Origin: Candidatus Heimdallarchaeota archaeon
Lineage (GTDB): Archaea > Asgardarchaeota > Heimdallarchaeia > Heimdallarchaeales > Kariarchaeaceae
Length of the DNA: 19,654 bases
NCBI GenBank assembly: GCA_015523565.1
Contig: WAKA01000107.1
Span: forward strand, 1-19,654
Reading direction: 5' to 3'
The position numbers and the translations under genes were made by a program. Below, in pieces: positions 6,535-15,356 of the stretch (position 1 is its first letter; each line of letters starts with the position of its first letter). The notes under the pieces are model-generated. The model was given only the letters and a program-made list of their open reading frames with translations, had not been told where the DNA came from and made no database searches.

Positions 6535-9237
6535 CTATTGGTTTTTCAAGAGTTGAGCAAGGACATAATTCAAGATTCCGCCATATTTGTAATAATCAAT
6601 TTCAATATCTGTATCAAGCCTTGTGATGACCATAAATTCCTTGGTTGTTCCATCAGATTTCTTGGCAACGACCTTTAGTTTCTTTTTGGCCTCCAAGCCG
6701 TCTTCAATACCCAGTATGTCAAATTCCTCCGTTCCGTCAAGTCCCAGTTCTCTCCATCCTTCGCCTTCTTCAAATTGGAGAGGAAGCACACCCATACCAA
6801 TAAGGTTGCTTCTGTGGATACGTTCGATTGATTTGAAGAAAACAGCCTGTACCCCAAGCAATGCAGGACCCTTTGCGGCCCAGTCACGGGAAGAACCAAC
6901 ACCATATTGTTTTGCACCCAGCACCAAGGCTGGGACACCATCGGAAATATATTTTCGGGATGCCTCAAAAGTGGTCATCACCTCCCCTGTTGGAACATAT
7001 TTTGTCCACCATCCCTCCTTTCCAGGAACAAGTTGGTTCTTGACACGGACATTAGCAAAGGTCCCCCTCATCATCACCTCATGGTTACCTCTTCTAGAGC
7101 CATAAGTGTTGAAATCTTTCTTTTCGACACCATGGGCAATCAGGTATTGTCCAGCAGGACTGTCTTCTGCAATTGCACCAGCTGGGGAAATGTGATCTGT
7201 AGAAATTTTGTCATCAAGAAGTTCAAGAACCCGAGCACCATAGATATTCTTTGGGTCTTCTGGATCAAGAGTGAAGTTTTCAAAGAATGGGGGATTTCTG
7301 ATGTAAGTCGAATTGGGATCCCATTCAAACAAGGTACTCTTTGGTGCATTCAAGGCCTGCCATCGGAAATCACCTAGCATGATACGTGAATAATGCTTTG
7401 TGAACATTTCAGGTTTTATGCCTTCTTCAATGGCTTTCTTGATTTCCTGCTGGGTTGGCCAGATATCCTTCATGAAGATGTCTCTACCGTCTTTTGATTT
7501 TCCTATCGGTTCATTGAGCAGGTCGATATCGGTTCTTCCAGCAAGTGCATAGACGACTACCAGCATGGGAGAAGCCAAAAAGTTGCCACGAGTGAGAGGG
7601 GACACACGTCCAGCAAAGTTTCTGTTGCCACTAAGGACAGAAGTGACATAGAGGTCTTCTTTCTTGATTGCCTCCTCTAACTGAGGCAACAATGGACCAC
7701 TGTTTCCGATACATGTCGTACAACCATATCCAACAGTATAGAAGCCAAGTTGATTCAAATACTTTTGTAGATCAAGTTGATTCATATATTCTGTTACGAC
7801 AAGTGATCCTGGAGCAAAACTTGTCTTGACATATGGAGGTGTCTGCAAACCAAGCTCAACTGCTTTCTTGGCAACAAGTCCTGCCCCAACCATGACAGAG
7901 GGATTTGAGGTGTTTGTACAACTTGTAATCGCAGCAATGACAACACTTCCATCCCTTAAAGTTGCCTTTTTACCATCAATTTCAACCTCGACACTGCGTA
8001 GTTCTGCATTCTTGGAACGTTGTGCGACATGAGCCTCAAGGAATTCAAGAGCCCTCATTTTTGCCTCACCAATGGACACTCTTTCCTCTGGATTCAGGGG
8101 TCCAGAAATAGAGGGTTGGACAGTGGACATGTCAAGTTCCAAATGGTCAGAAAATACAGGATCGGGAGTGTCTTCAGTTCTGAAAATATGGCAAGCCTTT
8201 GCAAATTCCCTAACAAATTCAATATGTTTCTCATCACGTCCAGTTAGTTTTAGATATGTCAATGTTGTTTCATCAATTGGGAAATAGCCCATGGTGGCAC
8301 CATATTCAGGAGCCATGTTGGAAATTGTTGCACGGTCAGGCAAGGAAAGGTTAGAAAGTCCAGGACCGTAAAACTCCACAAACTTACCAACGACCCCTTT
8401 CTTTCTGAGCATTTCAGTGACTGTCAACACTAGATCAGTGGCAGTTGCCCCTTCAGGAAGTTCACCAGTAAGTTTGAAACCTACAACTTCAGGCAATAAC
8501 ATATAGTATGGTTGACCAAGCATTACGGCTTCTGCTTCTATACCGCCAACACCCCAACCCATTACACCTAGACCATTGATCATGGTGGTATGGCTGTCAG
8601 TACCCACAACAGTATCAATTACAGCAACATTTTCCCCATTAATGGTTCTGACATCTCCTACTTTCGCAAGGTGTTCTAAATTCACTTGGTGTATAATTCC
8701 AGAGCCAGGGGGGACAACTTGAAAGTCCTTGAATGCTTTTTGAGCCCATTTGATAAGGGTGTATCTTTCCTTGTTCCTCCCATATTCCATTTCCATGTTT
8801 ATGTTCAAGGCATTTGCAGACCCATATGAGTCAACTTGAATGGAATGGTCAATGACAAGATCAGTAGGAATCATAGGATTGATTTTTTCCGGATCACCAC
8901 CATTTTCATTCATGGCTTCCCTCATGGCAGCTAAATCAACAATGAGAGGCACCCCAGTAAAGTCTTGCAACACAACTCTTGCAGGCATGTATGGGATTTC
9001 CAATTCACCAGTTCCTGTAGGCCAATTGGCAATGGAATTGATGTCTTCCAGTTTAACCAATTTCCCGTCATGATTTCTCAAAACGTTTTCAAGCAAAACA
9101 CGAATTGAAAAGGGAAGTTTTGAGACATCCAACCCCTTTTTGATAAGTGGGTCAAGAGAGTACATATATACTTCTTTTGAACCCAATGACACTTTGACCT
9201 TACTGGAGGCAATGTCACTTTCTGTAATCGGTTCCAT
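6535..9237 (-). CDS. acnA: Aconitate hydratase A (AcnA/IRP family)
   Basis: PARVVLQDFTGVP, DLVIDHS, GTDSHT, 4Fe-4S ligands in AAITSCTNTSNP and GYGCTTCIGNSG, TDHISPAG, GSSRDWAAKG. I prefer the ATG at 9237 (MEPITES) to the TTG at 9291 because TTATAA lies ~24 nt upstream of it. Confidence 0.97.
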   Translation of the reverse strand: MEPITESDIASSKVKVSLGSKEVYMYSLDPLIKKGLDVSKLPFSIRVLLENVLRNHDGKLVKLEDINSIANWPTGTGELEIPYMPARVVLQDFTGVPLIVDLAAMREAMNENGGDPEKINPMIPTDLVIDHSIQVDSYGSANALNINMEMEYGRNKERYTLIKWAQKAFKDFQVVPPGSGIIHQVNLEHLAKVGDVRTINGENVAVIDTVVGTDSHTTMINGLGVMGWGVGGIEAEAVMLGQPYYMLLPEVVGFKLTGELPEGATATDLVLTVTEMLRKKGVVGKFVEFYGPGLSNLSLPDRATISNMAPEYGATMGYFPIDETTLTYLKLTGRDEKHIEFVREFAKACHIFRTEDTPDPVFSDHLELDMSTVQPSISGPLNPEERVSIGEAKMRALEFLEAHVAQRSKNAELRSVEVEIDGKKATLRDGSVVIAAITSCTNTSNPSVMVGAGLVAKKAVELGLQTPPYVKTSFAPGSLVVTEYMNQLDLQKYLNQLGFYTVGYGCTTCIGNSGPLLPQLEEAIKKEDLYVTSVLSGNRNFAGRVSPLTRGNFLASPMLVVVYALAGRTDIDLLNEPIGKSKDGRDIFMKDIWPTQQEIKKAIEEGIKPEMFTKHYSRIMLGDFRWQALNAPKSTLFEWDPNSTYIRNPPFFENFTLDPEDPKNIYGARVLELLDDKISTDHISPAGAIAEDSPAGQYLIAHGVEKKDFNTYGSRRGNHEVMMRGTFANVRVKNQLVPGKEGWWTKYVPTGEVMTTFEASRKYISDGVPALVLGAKQYGVGSSRDWAAKGPALLGVQAVFFKSIERIHRSNLIGMGVLPLQFEEGEGWRELGLDGTEEFDILGIEDGLEAKKKLKVVAKKSDGTTKEFMVITRLDTDIEIDYYKYGGILNYVLAQLLKNQ

Positions 9238-9257
9238 GTACAAGGCATACCCTAACT

Positions 9258-9275
9258 TTGTTATAATCTTTGGGA
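9258..9275 (-). promoter_or_regulatory. Putative BRE/TATA for a leaderless acnA transcript
   Basis: Minus strand reads CCAAAGATTATAACAA. TTATAA (9266-9261) sits at archaeal TATA distance from the ATG at 9237. Confidence 0.45.
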
Positions 9276-9355
9276 ATGACACACTTGACAATCGATAATT
9301 TTTGATTGGGAGGTGACAATAACCTCAAATGTGCAAATGATTTTGAACAAATGAA

Positions 9356-9739
9356 ATGGATGATAAGACAATCAAGAAGGCATTAATTGGGATTGCGGCA
9401 TTGGGATTTTATATGTTCTCCTCATTTCTTTTTGAGGTATTGAACATTATAGAAAACGGAAGGAAAGTTGTGGATTGGATTGGTTTAGCAGTAGGCTTTT
9501 TCCTATTTTTCATCTTAATGTCCATTGACCATAAATCCAAAATTCTTCATGTTGTATTTTTGTTACTTTTGGCAATTGCAATAACTGGGGCTGTTGATAT
9601 TCTTATAGGAACCAATTTCCCGACAATAGTGCCCATCCAATCCAAGGAGGAAATAGCAAGAGGAATACTCATATTGTTTGTATTTCTTATTGGAGGATTA
9701 TTTGGGAAGTATTATGGAAAGAATGTGGTGGAAACCTAG
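9356..9739 (+). CDS. Hypothetical 4-TM membrane protein
   Basis: 127 aa with four hydrophobic segments and short loops; no recognisable family motif. Confidence 0.7.
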   Translation: MDDKTIKKALIGIAALGFYMFSSFLFEVLNIIENGRKVVDWIGLAVGFFLFFILMSIDHKSKILHVVFLLLLAIAITGAVDILIGTNFPTIVPIQSKEEIARGILILFVFLIGGLFGKYYGKNVVET

Positions 9740-9752
9740 CAAAAACCTAGTT

Positions 9753-10094
9753 CTAGTATTCCATTCCCTCAAGTTCAAGCATAAGTTCCCCGACTTTCAT
9801 CAGAAGCCGGTACTCATCGTTGCTTAGATAATTGTCGTTAAGGGCTGTTTCAAGGGCACGCTCCCATATTTTTTGTTTAGTCAAGTTCAAGAAATGCCTG
9901 TCACCCTCATCAAATTTTCCTTCTTCATTTATTTTGGTCAGCAGAATGAAATATCTTTCCAACCCCTCCATAACGGATTCAATGACATGCATTTCTTCCT
10001 GAGTCAATTCATTGTCTTCTAGCGCAATATCCTTGAGATCAGACCATGCCTTTTGGAAAATATGTTCCACAAGAATATATTCGCCAATAACCAA
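9753..10094 (-). CDS. Second TerB-like three-repeat acidic protein (paralog of 5149..5487)
   Basis: ALEDNELTQEE, INEEGKFDEGD, ALNDNYLSNDE with the same 31/29-residue spacing as the 5149..5487 protein. TTG start. Confidence 0.7.
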   Translation of the reverse strand: MVIGEYILVEHIFQKAWSDLKDIALEDNELTQEEMHVIESVMEGLERYFILLTKINEEGKFDEGDRHFLNLTKQKIWERALETALNDNYLSNDEYRLLMKVGELMLELEGMEY

Positions 10095-10271
10095 TTTTAA
10101 CCCTTCAGATTAAAGCGAAAAATTCGATTGTGCAATTGCTTTTCACAAAAATAGTCCATTCAAGAATTTATCACACATTATATTAAAGTTTGATTGAATT
10201 TTAAATTTGTTTTTGAGGATATCATTTACCTTAAGGACAATAGTTTTCAAAGAGAAGGACTAAAGTAGACC

Positions 10272-11462
10272 ATGTCAATCAAAGAAGAAGCAGAGTCTTT
10301 AAAGGATAAGCTTGTGCAATATAGAAGACATCTTCACATGCATCCGGAATTGGGGTTCCAAGAATACGAGACTTCAAAATTCATTCAGGAAAAATTAAAG
10401 GAACTAGGGCTTGAACCAAAAGTTTGGGCAAAAACAGGGGTTACAGCAGAGATCAAGGGGGAAAAAGGGGATGGCAAGACATTGCTGATTAGGGCAGATA
10501 TGGATGCATTACCAGTCACAGAAGCAAATGATGTGCCGTATAAATCAAAGAACGAAGGAGTTTCCCATGCATGTGGACATGATGCACATGTTGCGTGCCT
10601 GCTTGGAGCCGCAGAATTATTAGTTAAGCATAAGTCTGATTTCAAAGGGAAAGTTCTTTTGGTGTTCCAACCAGCAGAAGAGGGGCCAGGGGGTGCAAAG
10701 CCGATGATAGAGGAAGGAGCGATTGGAGACCCCAATAATCCAGACATTGATGCGGCATTAGCATTGCACATTACTGCGTTGGCAGATGTGGGATTGATAG
10801 GGGTAACAGATGGATTGCTGACTGCATCAGCAGATGAATTCTATGCAACCATAAAGGGAAAGGGAGGGCATGGATCAGCACCCCATATGGCTATTGATCC
10901 AATCTATATTGCAGGGCAAGTAATTACTGGGATACAAGGTTTTATTACAAGAACTGTAGATCCAGTGGATCATGTTGTCTTCACATGGGGCAAGGTTGTA
11001 GGAGGAGAAAGGCAAAATGTCATCAGCGAAACCTGCCGATTGGAGGGAACTTTGAGAACACATAGAAGAGAAGTCAGAAAGAAACTAAAAGAAGATATCC
11101 CAGAGTTCATCAAGACAACTGCAAAAGCTTATGGAGGAGATGCAGAGGTAGAAGTCATAACTGGATATGATGTAGGAATCAATGACCCAGAAATCAACAA
11201 GTCAATAAGAAAGGCAATGGCACAAAACTATTCAGAAAAAGCGATCATAGAAAGAGAGCCAATAATGGGCGCAGAAGATTTCTTTGATTTCTCCCTTGAG
11301 GGGAAGATTCCAGTTTCCATGTTTTGGTTGTTTGCAGGAAACAAGGATAAGGGATTTGTTCATGGCAACCACAGCAATTATTTTGATTTTGATGAGAATG
11401 CCTTGCCCATTGGAACAACAATTCTAGTGGATGCGGCAATGGATTATTTGAACACTCATTAA
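10272..11462 (+). CDS. M20 family (M20D/Acy1-like) metallo-amidohydrolase / carboxypeptidase
   Basis: RRHLHMHPELGFQE, RADMDALP, HACGHDAH, FQPAEE, GKGGHGS, GAEDF, HSNYFDFDE. Confidence 0.95.
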   Translation: MSIKEEAESLKDKLVQYRRHLHMHPELGFQEYETSKFIQEKLKELGLEPKVWAKTGVTAEIKGEKGDGKTLLIRADMDALPVTEANDVPYKSKNEGVSHACGHDAHVACLLGAAELLVKHKSDFKGKVLLVFQPAEEGPGGAKPMIEEGAIGDPNNPDIDAALALHITALADVGLIGVTDGLLTASADEFYATIKGKGGHGSAPHMAIDPIYIAGQVITGIQGFITRTVDPVDHVVFTWGKVVGGERQNVISETCRLEGTLRTHRREVRKKLKEDIPEFIKTTAKAYGGDAEVEVITGYDVGINDPEINKSIRKAMAQNYSEKAIIEREPIMGAEDFFDFSLEGKIPVSMFWLFAGNKDKGFVHGNHSNYFDFDENALPIGTTILVDAAMDYLNTH

Positions 11463-11511
11463 CTGAAGGTTTATTTTCAACAATAGGTTTAGAGATTACA
11501 GGGCATACATA

Positions 11512-11967
11512 ATGCAGATAGACAAGCTGAAATTAACCACAATCAAGTATGTCACAGAAAGGAAGGACTTAGTTATTGATGCTATTCTGAACATTTTGCC
11601 AGAAAACATGAAAAAGAGTATTTCCCCCAAAAGCTTCAAACGGACATCTCTTATTGGTCAATATGGAGACCCCATGCTTTTTTTGGAGTTATCTATTTCA
11701 AAGAACCCAGAGCAGGCAGTGAAACATATTTTTTCCAAGTTAACAGAAACAGAGAAAAAACGGTTAATTGAGGAATTTGACACCCGAATGGATGATGAAA
11801 CAACAACTTTCTATTTCAGGTTGGATAAGTTTGCTCCATTACAGGATGAATTATATCTTAATGATGGATCGGACGTCATTAAAGCAGAGATAAAATTCCG
11901 GATTTATGGCAAATATAATGCAGAAGCCGTCAAACAATATCTCAAAGATCTCATGGAGATAGAGTAA
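11512..11967 (+). CDS. Predicted RNA-binding protein of the archaeal exosome/RNase P superoperon (COG1325-like)
   Basis: YVTE-x3-V, GQYGDP (cf. GHYGNP), FYFRLDK and a DVIK tail; located directly upstream of Rpp30. Confidence 0.8.
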   Translation: MQIDKLKLTTIKYVTERKDLVIDAILNILPENMKKSISPKSFKRTSLIGQYGDPMLFLELSISKNPEQAVKHIFSKLTETEKKRLIEEFDTRMDDETTTFYFRLDKFAPLQDELYLNDGSDVIKAEIKFRIYGKYNAEAVKQYLKDLMEIE

Positions 11968-12602
11968 TGAAAGAGTTCATTCCTTTAATCAACTTTTCTC
12001 GAATTGATTTGGCAAGACAAATTGGCATTACGCATTTTGTTATTGAAGAGGAGGGAATAAGCATCCAAGACAATATATTCAATAGGAAGACAATTGTTGA
12101 GAAAAAAGACAATTGGAAAAGCTCAAATCTTAATTCTAAAGTTCAAGGAATCCGTAGAAAATATGATTGGATTAGTGTGAAGGCAAAAAGCGCCAAAATG
12201 ATTAATGTCTGCACAGCTAGCAGATATATTGATGCAATCCATGTTGATGCATCCTCCCCACTGAAAATTGTTCACCAAAAATATTTGAAATTGATCAGAG
12301 ACTATGGAAAATGTATTGAAGTTGAAGTTTCTCCTCTTTTTGAAATTGATAAAAATCCAAAGGAAATCAATCGTATCATAAAAATATTCAATTTATTGTC
12401 GCAGAAAAATTGTCCCGTCATTTTGGTTTCCTATGAAAAGGTCAGACGTTACAAAAACATGCAGACAATTGCAGAGGCAATGGGATTAAAAGTGAATCAA
12501 ACAGATATTGAACCATTTGTTGACAGACTTGAAAAAAACCGAATGAAAAGGCAGGGCAAATTAATTGGAGATGATATAGAGGTGATAGAAACTGACGATT
12601 AA
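11967..12602 (+). CDS. rnp3: Ribonuclease P protein subunit Rpp30 (divergent)
   Basis: RRKYDWISVK, IDAI, IEV, PVILVS and the R...IAEAMGL tail fit the Rpp30 pattern. TAATG overlap with the upstream gene; conserved position before Pop5. Confidence 0.7.
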   Translation: MKEFIPLINFSRIDLARQIGITHFVIEEEGISIQDNIFNRKTIVEKKDNWKSSNLNSKVQGIRRKYDWISVKAKSAKMINVCTASRYIDAIHVDASSPLKIVHQKYLKLIRDYGKCIEVEVSPLFEIDKNPKEINRIIKIFNLLSQKNCPVILVSYEKVRRYKNMQTIAEAMGLKVNQTDIEPFVDRLEKNRMKRQGKLIGDDIEVIETDD

Positions 12603-12900
12603 ACATCTCAAGAAACGGTATCTCTACGTCACATTTTATGGAGAAAAAACAAGTGCAAAGACATTTGACAAAGAGGTGAGAAAATATTTGCGATACTATT
12701 TTGGAGAATTGGTGACCGTAAATTCTACATTTCAGATAATTGAAATGCAAGAGCAAAACGCTATCGTAAGAACCAACCATAAATACCAAGCTTTTGTAGA
12801 AGCGGCAATCACGCTTTGTGGATCCAATAATTTTATCGCGGATATCAAGAGGAAATCTGGAACAATCAAAAGTTTGAAACGCAAAATGAATTTAACATAA
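12592..12900 (+). CDS. rnp2: Ribonuclease P protein subunit Pop5 (Rpp14/Pop5 family), probable CTG start
   Basis: Extending the tracked ORF upstream gives (M)TIKHLKKRYLYVTF...YFGE...IVRTNH...SGTIKSL, containing the hallmark KRY and SGTIK motifs. GAGGTGA SD at 12579-12585, in-frame TAG at 12586, CTG at 12592. Confidence 0.85.
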   Translation: MTIKHLKKRYLYVTFYGEKTSAKTFDKEVRKYLRYYFGELVTVNSTFQIIEMQEQNAIVRTNHKYQAFVEAAITLCGSNNFIADIKRKSGTIKSLKRKMNLT

Positions 12901-12946
12901 ACCTAGAAATTGAAACAAGAAAATTTGAAACAATGCTTTAAGAATT

Positions 12947-13534
12947 TTATTTAAGTCTTCGACCGTTTGCTCGCAAGCTTGGACGTGCCTTTTCAACACC
13001 ATATCCTTTTCGGAACAATCCTCTTGATCTCTTGCCTGCTGCGGTAAGTCCACGGAACGTACGACCCTTGTGCACTTTTCGGTTGATCCAATTGATGCGT
13101 TTGTCCTTGACAATGGCAGGGTGCACAGGATCCACTAAAATAATCTCAAACCATTTGGATCGACCATCTTGTCCCACCCAGTAAGAACCAAGAACTTCCA
13201 AGTTTGGGTATTTTCTTTGGGTTCTCGTTTCGGCGATCCATCGAAGGTTTCGACCGCTGGTCTTATCAATGGCAAGGTTAACACCCCTGCTCCTGCCCCG
13301 GTTTGGTCTGGACATACGGCGGGAACCCCTTCGGACTTTAGTCCTGACAATGATGAAACCAGGTTTTGCCTTATAGCCCAATGCCCTTGCCCGGTCAATG
13401 CGCAAAGGTCGATCAACGCGGACAATTGTATTTTGCCGTCTCCATTCAATCAGTCTAGGTTTTTGGATTTCCTTGAATTCAGGGGAATTTCTTTTCCTCC
13501 AGAACATTCTGACATTCTTGTACAGATTAGTCAT
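12947..13534 (-). CDS. rpl15e: 50S ribosomal protein L15e
   Basis: RPLRIDRARALGYKAKPG, KYPNLEVLGSYWVGQDG, FEIILVDP, GRTFRGLTAAG. The ATG at 13534 follows SD-like GGATGTGA; the track's GTG at 13543 lies inside that SD. Confidence 0.97.
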   Translation of the reverse strand: MTNLYKNVRMFWRKRNSPEFKEIQKPRLIEWRRQNTIVRVDRPLRIDRARALGYKAKPGFIIVRTKVRRGSRRMSRPNRGRSRGVNLAIDKTSGRNLRWIAETRTQRKYPNLEVLGSYWVGQDGRSKWFEIILVDPVHPAIVKDKRINWINRKVHKGRTFRGLTAAGKRSRGLFRKGYGVEKARPSLRANGRRLK

Positions 13535-13547
13535 AATTATCACATCC

Positions 13548-13573
13548 CTGTGTCACTTTACGATCATTCACAG
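13548..13573 (-). promoter_or_regulatory. Box C/D-type kink-turn (k-loop) hairpin in the rpl15e 5' leader; candidate L7Ae site
   Basis: CUGUG-AAU-GA-U-C-GUAAA-G-U-GA-CACAG: 5-bp C-stem, 3-nt bulge ending in U, tandem G.A/A.G, U.U, C-G, 5-nt loop. Immediately followed by the SD GGAUGUGA. Confidence 0.65.
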
Positions 13574-13596
13574 CAAGTTGAAAGTGATTTGATAGC

Positions 13597-13604
13597 ATTA
13601 AAAA
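13597..13604 (-). promoter_or_regulatory. Putative TATA box for rpl15e
   Basis: TTTTTAAT on the minus strand ~24 nt before the k-turn hairpin, preceded by the palindrome CTAACGTTAG. Confidence 0.4.
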
Positions 13605-13622
13605 CTAACGTTAGATTTCAGG

Positions 13623-15356
13623 TCAATAAGCATTTGCGCGGTATTCTGGTATACCATATTTTTTGATTTTTGTCAGGTCTATCTCAAAAGCAGAAATTGG
13701 CACCTTTATGTCATGGTTTTCCAATATTTCAACCTTGATTTCGCCAATATGCCCAACCTGCTTTCCTTCAACTATGATTTCAGCACTACGACCATCAATG
13801 AAGTAATTGTTTTCAGTTTCATTCAATGAATAGTCAATGCCAGTTAACCTAAACAATGCGTCAAGTATTCTATGGCTGGTTTCAAAGGTTTCATCAGAAC
13901 CTGCCAAGACTACCGCAGCTTTTGTCAACGTAATTACGTCTGTTCCCTCACGAACTGCCACTTCCCCTGTTTCGAAAATATGGTGGGGAAATTGCACTTC
14001 AGAATTTCGTCCAACAAATCTGATCAAACCAGGCAATAAGTCAGGTCTTAGGTACTCATAAGTTGAGGTAACCGGATTTATCAAGTGTATGGCATGTTCC
14101 TCTAAAAACTTGGAGTCTCTCAGAACATTGTTGCTGATGGTCTTGGAATCTGTAAGATTGTAATTTATTACTTCTTGAAGACCGCATCCCACAAGAATTT
14201 CACGTATCATATTCTCCTTTTGGGTGGAAATGTCCAATCCACCAACTGTGAAAAGATTGGCAGTTGAAGGGCCTATTTTGTTGTAATCTGCGGCAATTGC
14301 AATCTCTTCTGAAAGGTCCACCCAATGCATAATATCCTGCCTCCATGGCCCATACTGTACCATCATTATTCCTTTTTGCTTTCCAGGCAATACATCATGC
14401 CTTCTTTTCCTTAATAAGGACATCATGCGTTTCTCTGTAAATTTAGTTCCAAGGTATTTATTGACTTCTTTAACAGGCACCTCCAATGAATGGGGTTCTT
14501 GAGGTGGATAAATAACATCTCCAAGACCATAGGCATTTGGATAATGGACAAGAACTGTTTCAACAGTAGCACCCCTATCTTGCATGTTCTGCGCCAAAAG
14601 GGAAATGACGACATCAACGGCCTCCTTGTTTGTACCAGTCACTTCTATAAGGACATCTGTTGTTTCTTCAGTAACACGCCCCACATCATTGGAATTGATG
14701 ATTGGAGGCATAGAAAGAACCTTGCCGTTTGCGTCAAGCAAAATGGGAACTTTTTCGAAGGAGGCCAATATGTGTCCGTATTCTTGACCTTTAGGATGAA
14801 CCTTCATAATTTCAGATATTGGCATTTCCTCTTCGAAACCGAGAGGAACAAATTTGAAGGATCGAGGAACCAAATCGTATTTGATAGGGCTTTGTATCAT
14901 ATGAAGATTGTAGATTCCAATTGATGTCCTTTTCCTTTTTCGTCCAAATGAAAAATCCACTTTGTCCTGAACCTGTATCAATTGTTTGATAAGAAAATTA
15001 TTTAATTTGAGGTTCCTTGCCACAACCGCCGCTATGTAAGGGCGTATTTCCTTTAATTCAGGATTAACGGTAATTTCATAGCCAGATGCAGGAAATTTGA
15101 TATTTGGCAATCCCTGCATGTCAATGAGTCCTCTAACTTCTCTTGCCAAACCTTCTGCAGACCATAAGTCTGGACGGCTAGCTGTCTTGATATCGATTGA
15201 AATTTTAGTATGTCCATTCTCATCAGGTCCTTCTGGTTCAGAATCAACTTCTGCCTTTGCAAAAGAAACCCATTTGTCCAATTCTTCAGGGGTTAGAGGT
15301 TTGTCTAGTCCAAGAAGTCTGGAAAAGTCCTCTATTGATATGTCTATTGTAACCAT
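13623..15356 (-). CDS. pheT: Phenylalanine--tRNA ligase beta subunit (archaeal/eukaryotic type)
   Basis: SRPDLWSAEGLAR, LSMPPIINS, WRQDIMHWVDLSEEIAIA, LRPDLLPGL, IFETGEV, FIDGRSA. TAATG-coupled to pheS with a GAGGTG SD. Confidence 0.96.
   Translation of the reverse strand: MVTIDISIEDFSRLLGLDKPLTPEELDKWVSFAKAEVDSEPEGPDENGHTKISIDIKTASRPDLWSAEGLAREVRGLIDMQGLPNIKFPASGYEITVNPELKEIRPYIAAVVARNLKLNNFLIKQLIQVQDKVDFSFGRKRKRTSIGIYNLHMIQSPIKYDLVPRSFKFVPLGFEEEMPISEIMKVHPKGQEYGHILASFEKVPILLDANGKVLSMPPIINSNDVGRVTEETTDVLIEVTGTNKEAVDVVISLLAQNMQDRGATVETVLVHYPNAYGLGDVIYPPQEPHSLEVPVKEVNKYLGTKFTEKRMMSLLRKRRHDVLPGKQKGIMMVQYGPWRQDIMHWVDLSEEIAIAADYNKIGPSTANLFTVGGLDISTQKENMIREILVGCGLQEVINYNLTDSKTISNNVLRDSKFLEEHAIHLINPVTSTYEYLRPDLLPGLIRFVGRNSEVQFPHHIFETGEVAVREGTDVITLTKAAVVLAGSDETFETSHRILDALFRLTGIDYSLNETENNYFIDGRSAEIIVEGKQVGHIGEIKVEILENHDIKVPISAFEIDLTKIKKYGIPEYRANAY

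Noticed and set aside
9238-9291. 18-aa N-terminal extension of aconitase from TTG 9291
   Set aside because: It spans the likely TATA box; ATG 9237 gives a typical ~900-aa AcnA.
9310-9326. GAGGT-N7-ACCTC inverted repeat with an SD-like GGAGGTGA between acnA and the 4-TM gene
   Set aside because: 5-bp arms only, and no plausible ORF at SD distance.
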